DNA of 32,000 nucleotides, from contig NC_003272.1 in NCBI RefSeq assembly GCF_000009705.1, forward strand, positions 1,650,001-1,682,000, written 5' to 3'. The DNA comes from Nostoc sp. PCC 7120 = FACHB-418 (GTDB taxonomy: Bacteria; Cyanobacteriota; Cyanobacteriia; Cyanobacteriales; Nostocaceae). Shown in pieces: positions 1-7,680 of this stretch. Under the pieces are notes generated by a model. That model did no database searches. It saw only the letters and a program-made list of their open reading frames with translations, and was not told where the DNA came from. Every line of letters begins with the position of its first letter. The first letter of the stretch is position 1. The position numbers and the translations under genes are program-made.

Positions 1-1151
1 TCAATAATATTGATGTGATGTTGTTCTTGCTCAGGTAACGTGGAAGAACGTTGCAAAATTTGCGCGCAACCCAAAATCCCATTTAAAGGCGTTCTCAGTT
101 CATGACTCATGTTAGCTAAAAATTCGCTTTTGGCATGGTTAGCTAAATCAGCCGCCTCTTTAGACTTTTTCAGTTGTGCCTGTTCAAAAGCTTGCACTCG
201 CCACAAAACAGTAATCATGGTGATAGTTAATCCGCCCACAATCAACGCAATTAAATCTAGAAATTGCAGCCGAGATTCAATATTTTCACGGGGAATCACC
301 AAAGCCACAGACCAATTAGCAGCCTTTAATGGTATATAAGCAATATATTTTTGTTTACCGTCAATTGCCATTAACTCAATTCCCTGCTGTTTGTTAACCA
401 TGCGTTGGGCGATCGCTTGTAAACTATGGTCATTAATTTTCAGCAGACTGGGGGCAGGTTTTTCGATAGTGGACATTAAAGTCGAGTCAGGATGAACAAT
501 CACCTCCCCTTGGGAATTGAGGGCGAAAGCGTAGCTATTTTTACCGTAGGTGAGAGAATTGATCACCTTTGTAATATGGTCAACTTTGACGCTACCGTGA
601 AACACTCCTATGGGTGAATTGGAAGTTGATAGAATCGGAGTAGCGATCGCAATCAAGGGTATTCCTGTAGAACGGCTAATAAAAGGATCAGAAACACTGC
701 TTTTTCCTGCTATTCCCTGTTGAAAGTATTCTCTGTCCTTAACATTGTTGTTTGCGCGTCCTGACTTTGTCGTGTAGTAAGAACCATCCGCAATTGACAT
801 TTGGAATAAGAAAAATTCTTTGATTCTCTCAACTTCAGTCTTTAAATAAGGTTCTGCGACAGCCCAATTTAAGGAGCGTACAGTTGAAGTATTTGCTAAA
901 GTTTTTACCTCGACTTTGCGAACACTTAACCACGCCTCTATTTGATCAACTCCTGTTTGTACTTCCAGAAAAGCATTCTGTCGTATATCTGCTAGTGCCA
1001 TATTGCGGGCAGCTAAATAGCTAAAGTAGGCAGAAATACTGACAATCAGAGTTGTACCGCCAAGAATAAATCGAATGAGAAAATTCCGTGATGATTGCTT
1101 TCTAGGGTGAGATTTTAGTGAAATTGAGTCATGGCTTGCCAAAGGTTTCAT
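1..1151 (-). CDS. Sensor histidine kinase, N-terminal part (TM, Cache-like extracytoplasmic sensor, TM, HisKA H-box); the 3' end runs off the window
   Basis: Absent from the supplied ORF track because it is open at the window edge. Reverse-strand translation from the ATG (complement of 1149-1151) reads MKPLASHDS...[21 protein letters not shown] (TM1). A Cache-like segment follows ([32 protein letters not shown]...[18 protein letters not shown]...[19 protein letters not shown]), then [18 protein letters not shown] (TM2), then [23 protein letters not shown] (canonical H-box). The frame stays open to base 3. Confidence 0.85.
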   Translation of the reverse strand, partial: MKPLASHDSISLKSHPRKQSSRNFLIRFILGGTTLIVSISAYFSYLAARNMALADIRQNAFLEVQTGVDQIEAWLSVRKVEVKTLANTSTVRSLNWAVAEPYLKTEVERIKEFFLFQMSIADGSYYTTKSGRANNNVKDREYFQQGIAGKSSVSDPFISRSTGIPLIAIATPILSTSNSPIGVFHGSVKVDHITKVINSLTYGKNSYAFALNSQGEVIVHPDSTLMSTIEKPAPSLLKINDHSLQAIAQRMVNKQQGIELMAIDGKQKYIAYIPLKAANWSVALVIPRENIESRLQFLDLIALIVGGLTITMITVLWRVQAFEQAQLKKSKEAADLANHAKSEFLANMSHELRTPLNGILGCAQILQRSSTLPEQEQHHINII

Positions 1152-1217
1152 ACCCGTGAAAATCAGGATAAGTAGAAAACTATACTTAGATTGCCCAATT
1201 AGCCTTTGATAATCACA

Positions 1218-1392
1218 GGTGACAGGAGGAAGGGGACAGGGGCAATACGGTTCGGTTAAGGGATTTCTGGGTTAAGGCAGGCAAGGGGAAGTAAGGGGAG
1301 AAGAGAAGCAGGGGAAGAGAAAAATTATGAAAATAACCTCCTTTCCTCCCCTGCCTCCTCTGCTTCAAGAGCTTATCCGAACCGTATTGGGG
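1218..1392. repeat. Long imperfect inverted repeat with a G/A-rich left arm and a C/T-rich right arm (MITE-like) in the divergent intergenic region
   Basis: CAATACGGTTCGGTTAAG (about 1243-1260) pairs with CTTATCCGAACCGTATTG (about 1372-1389). The inner arms are partly complementary (AGGCAGG...GGGGA runs versus CCTCCTTTCCTCCCCTGCCTCC). The 1327..1515 ORF lies inside it and looks spurious. Confidence 0.5.
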
Positions 1393-1552
1393 GCAGGGGG
1401 AGAAAGACTCTTGTCATCGTCTTTACCATCAACATTGAATAATTTATTTTCTGGAAGTTCCTTATTTCACACCACCACAAAAGATAGCCTTGAATTCAGG
1501 GAATTATCAATATAGTGCTGTATCTATAATGGACGGTAGGAGGAGTAAACCT

Positions 1553-4321
1553 GTGAAATCGTTTTGGAATGCAAGTTTTGAGGGAATTTTCTGGCTCTGG
1601 AACCTGACATTTTTATCATTAGTTTACTTAGGGATATTACCATTTGTCGGTGTGCCATTAGTTCTGGCAACCGCTAGGGGTGATATACCAATTGAATTTT
1701 CCTTAGCTTTAGTTACTTTAATTGCCGTTCCCACAATTTCCAGTATTATCGGTGGCTGGTGTTTTCTTCAACAACCTGTAAAACTAATCCGCCTATTTTA
1801 TGGTGTAGAAGCCCCACTATTTGTCTTGTGTTTATTGCGCTTGTTTTTGATTCGAGAACTCACCCCTGCTAGTAGCCAAATTTTACTGACGATGGGTGTT
1901 TGTATTGCTGCTTTTGCGGGAGAACTATTTTGGGGTTATGCTTCTCGGCGCAAAATTGGTTTGCAATGGGTACAAATGTTAGCCCATACATTAATGCTGG
2001 TATTCGGCATTTATGCAGGCGCAGTGTTGTTATTTTACGCTTTGCCTTTAGCAGTATTTTTGTTGCAGGAATTGGTGAAATTTGAATGGGTAATTCCATT
2101 ATGGAATATCTTATATCACACAGCCTTTGTGGGTGGTTTGTTCATAATTTCTATGTGGTTAATTGTTCTTGCTTTTAGCGCTACATTATTTATTTTAATG
2201 CCATCGGCATTAACAGCAATGTATGTACACTCAGGAGCAAAAATTTTAAAAGCTTTTGCTTCGGAGCATGGAAATAAAAAGGCATTTGCTGGCGCTAGTG
2301 CAGTTATTGTGGCGTTTGCTGTTACTTTTTTATCCTTGCAACAACAGCCCCAAGTAATGGCTTTTTCACTGTTAGCTAATGCGCCGAAAAATGATAGCGA
2401 TCGCCAAACCCTCATAACTAAATCAGAACAAATCCGCACAGGATTACTTAACGCTTATTTATCTTCTTATCGCTACCTCAGTAGCAGGGAAGAAAATAAT
2501 CATATCAGCGCTATGTATCGTCATGTCTTAGGTTTGGAGAAGACGGCGGCTGATGGATTGCAAGAAACCTATAATTTTTTGATGTCACCATTTTTATATA
2601 ATGGTTCCGACAAAGATGTTGCTAAGGCAGAAAAACTCTACGCGGAATTTTTTGACACACCTCTACAAAAAGCCGAAAAAACAGCCGTTAGTCATGCAGT
2701 ACAATCTACTTTTAACGAGCAGGAAGTTAAAGCAGGTTTATTAAATATCAACGAGAAAAAAGTTTTGTTGGCATCACAACAAGTCACAGTGAAAGAACAT
2801 GGTGATTGGGCTGATGTGGAATTGTACGAAGTTTATAAAAACCAAACACCAGAAGTTCAGGAAGTTTTCTACTCCTTCTCTTTGCCAGAAAGTGCTGTAA
2901 TTACCGGCTTATGGTTGGGAGATACCAATAAATTAGACCAACGCTTTAATTTTGTCGTCTCTCCTCGTGGTGCTGCCCAAAAAGTTTATAATTCTCAAGT
3001 TAGGCGTGAGCGTCCGGTCGATCCAGCTTTATTAGAACAAGTAGGGCCCAGACATTATCGTTTACGGGCTTTTCCCATTCCTCCCAACAACGTACAACAA
3101 ATAGAAGGACAACCACCACTCCCTACAGAAATGAACCTATGGTTAACTTACAAGGTGCTGGGACAAGATAAAGGTTGGGCAATGCCAGATTTAGGGGAAA
3201 GACGTAATATATTCTGGACTAATCAAACCAAGCGTATCCGCAACGGTAAAGAAATAGGTTTTAAAGAAAATGCTTGGTTAGAAGAATTCATCCCCGCCAG
3301 CCAGAAAATTCAGCCTGCACTACATGAGGTGAGTTTAGATGAAGGATACAAAATATTAGCTAAACCCTTATCTAACAAAGATTACACTTTGCCTAAAAAT
3401 CAGCGCGTCGCCTTAGTTCTCGACACTTCCCGTAGTATGGGAGAACATATCAAAGAATTGACACAAACATTATCTTGGTTGAAACAACACGGTTTTGCAG
3501 ATAATGATTTGACAAACAACGATGCTGATTTATATATCAGTGTTTCTCCAGGCGCTACACCCACACGATTAGATAATCTCCAACAATTCCAACCCGAAAA
3601 AGTAGCCTTCTACGGTACAATTCAACCCCAAGAAATGTTGGCACAGTTTAATAATTTGCGTGGAGATACAGCTTATGATGCTGTTTTATTGTTGAGTGAT
3701 GAAGGTAGTTATGAGTTGTCAAAGAACAATAAAACCGTCCCTGCTACACCTGCACCTTTGTGGATGGTGCATTTAGGTGGATTGCCTGGAGCCTATAACG
3801 ATGGCATCATTAAATCATTACAAGATAGCGGTGGTGGAGTTGCTGTTGATATTGCCGAGGTGCTGCAACGAATTGCCACCAAATCAATTTTAGGTGATTC
3901 TGTTGTTACCGTTGTCAATGGTTATGCTTGGTATTTGCAGACATTAGACACAGCAGTTACAACTAATAACCAGCAAGATGATTTATTACCATTAGCCGCC
4001 AGACAATTAATTTTAGGCTTGAGTAAACAAATTAAATTAGACAACCTCAAAAGTTTGGATGCAATTCACGCTGTAGCCAAAAAGTATAAGATTGTCAGCC
4101 CTTATTCTTCGATGTTGGTATTAGTCAACGATGAACAAAGACAGTTACTCAAAGAAGCAGAAGCCGCAAGCGATCGCTTTGATCGTAAAGTTGAAAATGG
4201 TAAAGAAAACCTTTCTAAACCCAATAACCCGTTGAAAGTCAGCGTACCTGAACCATCAGGGGGGTGGCTTTTAGGTGTGAGTGCGATCGCTCTATTCATA
4301 TTTGCGAAGCGTCGGCGCTAA
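1553..4321 (+). CDS. PEP-CTERM family integral membrane protein with a von Willebrand A (vWA) domain
   Basis: Long ORF (track 1490..4321, TTG start). The N-terminal ~290 aa hold many hydrophobic spans (roughly 8-9 by eye). The central part has a vWA MIDAS motif (VALVLDTSRSMGEH, DxSxS). The C-terminus VPEPSGGWLLGVSAIALFIFAKRRR is a PEP motif plus TM helix plus basic tail, i.e. an exosortase sorting signal. Start chosen at GTG 1553, 9 nt after AGGAGG (1538-1543). ATG 1529 and TTG 1490 are in-frame alternatives. Confidence 0.85.
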   Translation: MKSFWNASFEGIFWLWNLTFLSLVYLGILPFVGVPLVLATARGDIPIEFSLALVTLIAVPTISSIIGGWCFLQQPVKLIRLFYGVEAPLFVLCLLRLFLIRELTPASSQILLTMGVCIAAFAGELFWGYASRRKIGLQWVQMLAHTLMLVFGIYAGAVLLFYALPLAVFLLQELVKFEWVIPLWNILYHTAFVGGLFIISMWLIVLAFSATLFILMPSALTAMYVHSGAKILKAFASEHGNKKAFAGASAVIVAFAVTFLSLQQQPQVMAFSLLANAPKNDSDRQTLITKSEQIRTGLLNAYLSSYRYLSSREENNHISAMYRHVLGLEKTAADGLQETYNFLMSPFLYNGSDKDVAKAEKLYAEFFDTPLQKAEKTAVSHAVQSTFNEQEVKAGLLNINEKKVLLASQQVTVKEHGDWADVELYEVYKNQTPEVQEVFYSFSLPESAVITGLWLGDTNKLDQRFNFVVSPRGAAQKVYNSQVRRERPVDPALLEQVGPRHYRLRAFPIPPNNVQQIEGQPPLPTEMNLWLTYKVLGQDKGWAMPDLGERRNIFWTNQTKRIRNGKEIGFKENAWLEEFIPASQKIQPALHEVSLDEGYKILAKPLSNKDYTLPKNQRVALVLDTSRSMGEHIKELTQTLSWLKQHGFADNDLTNNDADLYISVSPGATPTRLDNLQQFQPEKVAFYGTIQPQEMLAQFNNLRGDTAYDAVLLLSDEGSYELSKNNKTVPATPAPLWMVHLGGLPGAYNDGIIKSLQDSGGGVAVDIAEVLQRIATKSILGDSVVTVVNGYAWYLQTLDTAVTTNNQQDDLLPLAARQLILGLSKQIKLDNLKSLDAIHAVAKKYKIVSPYSSMLVLVNDEQRQLLKEAEAASDRFDRKVENGKENLSKPNNPLKVSVPEPSGGWLLGVSAIALFIFAKRRR

Positions 4322-4339
4322 ATCATCAAATTCGTGTGA

Positions 4340-4421
4340 GTAATTGGTAATAACCCATATAGTATTTTCAGGGTGGGCATTGCCCACCAAAAACATATAC
4401 CAATTATCAGTTACCAATTAC
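4340..4421. repeat. Nested palindromic element between convergent genes; probable bidirectional terminator hairpin
   Basis: Outer arms GTAATTGGTAA (4340-4350) and TTACCAATTAC (4411-4421) enclose the perfect 8-1-8 palindrome GGTGGGCA-T-TGCCCACC (4372-4388). The inner hairpin and its flank (TATTTTnAGGGTGGGCATTGCCCA) recur inverted at 6235-6253. Confidence 0.5.
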
Positions 4422-4468
4422 CACAGATATTATCACCATTTATTGCGGATTGCGAATTTGTTTTAATC

Positions 4469-4843
4469 CTACACTTTTTTTTCCAAAGCTTGTTCACGGA
4501 AATATAAAAACAAAGGCAGGGAACAACATAAACCAGATGCTAAAGTAAGCACAAAGTATAGTAATAACCAACGGCGTGAAAATCCCAGTCTTTTTAGTTC
4601 TATAAATGCGAAAAACAAAAAAACGTCTGTAGACAATAATAAATCTACGACAAAAGTAGTCGAGACATTATTAGCAAATGCTTGCTGAAAGAAAAACTGT
4701 GTATACAAACCATGCTGAATGATAAATTCTAACAACAAACTCCAAGGTACAATAAAACCAATAACTGCTAAGAGTAAGTAAATTGATTTTATCGACAGAA
4801 GTTTTTGGGATTTAGACGGTTGTAAATAAGGTTGGTTGTACAT
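4469..4843 (-). CDS. Small multi-pass membrane protein, DUF2834-like
   Basis: ORF 4469..4903 has a GTG start at 4903. The first ATG (4843) gives MYNQPYLQ...IYLLLAVIGFIVPWSLLLEFIIQHGL...FFQQAFANNVSTTFVVDLLLS...LTLASGLCCSLPLFLYFRE. This matches my recollection of DUF2834 proteins, with about 4 hydrophobic spans. Confidence 0.7.
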   Translation of the reverse strand: MYNQPYLQPSKSQKLLSIKSIYLLLAVIGFIVPWSLLLEFIIQHGLYTQFFFQQAFANNVSTTFVVDLLLSTDVFLFFAFIELKRLGFSRRWLLLYFVLTLASGLCCSLPLFLYFREQALEKKV

Positions 4844-4904
4844 AGGTTTACTTGCTTCATCAATCTTGTTGCTTTGATTATGAACAACGCAGATAATAAA
4901 CACA

Positions 4905-4921
4905 ATTACCTGTCAGGTAAT
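4905..4921. promoter_or_regulatory. Perfect 8-1-8 palindrome ATTACCTG-T-CAGGTAAT in the divergent promoter region; candidate operator
   Basis: Read directly from the sequence. It lies 30 nt upstream of the MmyB-type regulator ATG (4951) and 62 nt upstream of the DUF2834 ATG (4843). Confidence 0.35.
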
Positions 4922-4950
4922 CAAAATTATCAGATAAGCGAACGCCACAA

Positions 4951-5823
4951 ATGCAAAGTACTACCAACCGTGATACATCCTTTGGTAATCTGCTAAAACA
5001 CTGGCGGAATCAACGCAGTTTTAGTCAACTCGATTTGGCTGTAGCCAGTGAAGTCTCTCAGAGACACATCAGCTTTCTGGAATCAGGTAGAGCAAAACCA
5101 AGTCGGGATATGATTTTGCAACTCGCTACTGTTTTAGATGTTCCGTTGCGTTACCAAAACATGATGCTGACATCTGCGGGTTTTGCGCCAATTTATTCCG
5201 AAAGTGATTTATCAGCATCAGAAATTGAACCTATCCGCAAAGCTTTAGATTTTATTTTGCGACAACAAGAACCATATCCAGCACTGGTAATGGATAGATA
5301 CTGGAATCTGATTCAAAGTAATACAGCAGCGCAGCGACTAATCAATTGGTTAGTTCCAACCCAACAGCTACAAAATCTGCTTGATAGCAACGGCAAATTT
5401 AATTTGATGCGATTTATGTTTCATCCTCAGGGATTAAAACCTTTTATTGCTAATTGGGAAGAAATCGCTAACCATCTGATTCAACGAGTATATCGGGAAA
5501 CCTTAGCGGAAGGTTGTAGTCAAGACTCTATAAACCTTTTCCAAGAACTACAAACCTATCCAGATATTCCTCGCTTGTGGCAAATATCTCACACCTGCAC
5601 GTGGCAAGTACCATTACTAACATTGCAGTTTGTCAAAAATGGATTGAGCCTGAGCTTCTTTTCGACAATTGCTACCTTAGGAACACCCCATGATATAACC
5701 TTACAAGAATTAAGAATTGAAAGCCTATTTCCGGCAGATGAAGTGACGGAAGAAAATCTACAAAAAATAGCAGTATCCTGTAATGACAACCATCAATCAA
5801 TATTGGTAATAATAGATGATTAA
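4951..5823 (+). CDS. XRE-family HTH transcriptional regulator with an MmyB-like C-terminal domain
   Basis: The N-terminal HTH is FGNLLKHWRNQRSFSQLDLAVASEVSQRHISFLESGRAKPSRDMILQLATVLDVP, followed by EPYPALVMDRYWNLIQSNTAA, both typical of MmyB-family regulators. ATG start. Confidence 0.85.
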   Translation: MQSTTNRDTSFGNLLKHWRNQRSFSQLDLAVASEVSQRHISFLESGRAKPSRDMILQLATVLDVPLRYQNMMLTSAGFAPIYSESDLSASEIEPIRKALDFILRQQEPYPALVMDRYWNLIQSNTAAQRLINWLVPTQQLQNLLDSNGKFNLMRFMFHPQGLKPFIANWEEIANHLIQRVYRETLAEGCSQDSINLFQELQTYPDIPRLWQISHTCTWQVPLLTLQFVKNGLSLSFFSTIATLGTPHDITLQELRIESLFPADEVTEENLQKIAVSCNDNHQSILVIIDD

Positions 5824-5867
5824 TCCGTCAAAAACTCCCCTCTCGTTTCTCAAAAACTAATTATCCT

Positions 5868-6032
5868 ATGGAGATTATAGATTTAACCCTATCGAAACAC
5901 CGTTGGTATCGTCGTCTACGGGGTGGAACGTGGTGGCAAGTCGAAGTTCCCCTATTTGATGATGTTCAAATTCTTTGGGTACATAATTTGCCAGAATGTG
6001 AGTGTTGTATTATCCAAACAGAAAACTACTAG
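5868..6032 (+). CDS. Possible small protein (54 aa), unknown function
   Basis: ATG-to-TAG ORF below the track cutoff: MEIIDLTLSKHRWYRRLRGGTWWQVEVPLFDDVQILWVHNLPECECCIIQTENY. It starts 44 nt after the regulator stop, and a hairpin (CTTGTTTA...TAAACAAG, about 6081-6108) lies downstream. No family recognised. Confidence 0.3.
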   Translation: MEIIDLTLSKHRWYRRLRGGTWWQVEVPLFDDVQILWVHNLPECECCIIQTENY

Positions 6033-6234
6033 TATTTTTCTGTGTTCATGACCATTTTATAGTGTAATCTTAGCGATCGCTCTTGTTTAAGCTATTCTAA
6101 ACAAGACATAGGAGCATTTTTCTAGCTCTTTTTTTCACATAATCTAGCCTAAAACCTTGTTTTTTATCCTGCCTAACCCCAAGAATAAATATTCACATCC
6201 GCCTGCTTATTTATCAGTATTTGAATTAGATATA

Positions 6235-6253
6235 GGATGGGCAATGCCCACCC
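6235..6253. repeat. Second, inverted copy of the GGTGGGCA/TGCCCACC hairpin, between convergent genes
   Basis: GGATGGGCAATGCCCACCC. Its reverse complement plus flank (TATTTTTAGGGTGGGCATTGCCCATCC) matches 4364-4388. It lies 56 nt downstream of the stop of the minus-strand peptide gene. Confidence 0.5.
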
Positions 6254-6308
6254 TAAAAATACCTAAATAGGTTTACCAATCAAACCGGATTCTCATATCA
6301 AAGAATCT

Positions 6309-6569
6309 CTAAAAGATATACGGTAAATTCCAGAAACCAATCATAGGTAGTAATGGCACACCCAGCCCTGACCATTCTTTTGAATAGCTAGTAACCTCAC
6401 TTACGTTGCCTTGAGATTGACTATTACTGCCTTGATTATTGGAGTTTGATGATCCTTGGAAATTCACTTGTCTCTCAGCAGAGTAGCTGCTATTAAATGT
6501 GTAATCACTCCCCCCAGAGACAATTTGTTGTTGTGCTTCAGACATATCAGTAAGGAATTTGTGAGTCAT
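6309..6569 (-). CDS. Double-glycine-leader bacteriocin-like precursor peptide (resembles cyanobacterial CTB-type bacteriocins)
   Basis: MTHKFLTDMSEAQQQIVSGG | SDYTFNSSYSAERQVNFQGSSNSNNQGSNSQSQGN...GLGVPLLPMIGFWNLPYIF. The leader has the L-x-x-[ML]S-x-x-[EQ]-x-x-x-[IV]-x-GG pattern. The core is Cys-free and S/N/Q/G-rich with a hydrophobic tail. The track start at 6602 is TTG; ATGs at 6584 and 6569 are more likely. Confidence 0.6.
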   Translation of the reverse strand: MTHKFLTDMSEAQQQIVSGGSDYTFNSSYSAERQVNFQGSSNSNNQGSNSQSQGNVSEVTSYSKEWSGLGVPLLPMIGFWNLPYIF

Positions 6570-6940
6570 AGTGAAAAGTCTCATTATGTGATTTGTCTGC
6601 AAAGTTGGCTACTTATTTATAATTTTTTGAGGTAATCAACTTTGCTGTTAATGACAAGAATATCTATTTTTCATACATGAATCACTTCCGGTTTCTGCAA
6701 AGTTATTCTCATAATTAAGAAACACGATTTGTATAATCAAGTAATGATAAATTCAGAAAAATACCTATAGTCTGATTCCTCTAAACTTAAGACAGTTATC
6801 TTAACTGGCAACAGGGAACAGGGACTGTCTGTGGTGGGGCTACTGTGTACACATAAGTCTAATAACCTAGCCCTAAAAACTTTTTATCCCCCCTTACACC
6901 CAGTCTCAACAGAAAAACTGGGTGCGTAAGTCCTAATTAA

Positions 6941-7363
6941 TTAGAACTTGACATTATATTTATCGGCAAGCTCAGAAAGCTTTTCGTACTGCTGAATAGC
7001 GGCTTCCAAAATTAATTGTTTCGCTTCTTCTGGTGTATTGCCATTCTCTGGAATTAGATACTTAACATAAAGCGATATAAAATCAACCATAATTGCTGAA
7101 CCTACCAAACCATGACTATCGGCTTCTTGTCCAGCGATCGCTGATACTAGACCTGCTTTAATTGGGTCTGGTTTCGCTTTCATGAACTGGTCAATAATTT
7201 GCCAGATATACTCATTGGGTATTAATTTTTCTAACTTAGTTTTATCAGGGATAAATTCTATACCTGCGGCTCTCGACTGCTCTACAACACACCATTCTGT
7301 AAATTCTTGTAGTGCTGTTTCGGGAAGTTTGGGGAGATATTTGTGCAGTTCTAAATCAGACAC
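6941..7363 (-). CDS. Hypothetical protein (140 aa)
   Basis: Clean ORF with a GTG start (7361-7363) and AGG about 10 nt upstream. The sequence is acidic and helical-looking. No family recognised. Confidence 0.6.
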   Translation of the reverse strand: MSDLELHKYLPKLPETALQEFTEWCVVEQSRAAGIEFIPDKTKLEKLIPNEYIWQIIDQFMKAKPDPIKAGLVSAIAGQEADSHGLVGSAIMVDFISLYVKYLIPENGNTPEEAKQLILEAAIQQYEKLSELADKYNVKF

Positions 7364-7680
7364 AAGCTTACCTATAAATTTCAGTTTTGTTGAAGTGCAT
7401 TAAGGCAAGCCTAACCTACTGTTTCCAGAAGTTTTAGTGTGTTATGCTACGACTCTCAGATAAATATTTCAACAATAAAAGTCTGATATTTAGACTTACC
7501 TATTTTATTGAGAAAATTATTGTAATAACTCCCTAACTTATGGGAACTGTTGCTGAATTTTAGAGGATTAGTATAACAAAAGATTTAAGCCCAGGTTCTG
7601 GCTGACACAGGAAGCAAAGAAATTGTCGATGCGAGGCTAAAATAGTAATCTACGTGTAAATTGCTTGAACTATTGATTTT

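Noticed and set aside
109-339. Plus-strand 76-aa ORF
   Set aside because: It lies antisense within the well-supported minus-strand histidine kinase reading frame (H-box at about 60-130). The composition is low-complexity and no motif is present.
1327-1515. 62-aa ORF MKITSFPPLPPLL...
   Set aside because: It is encoded by the C/T-rich arm of the long inverted repeat, so it is a translation artefact of repeat sequence.
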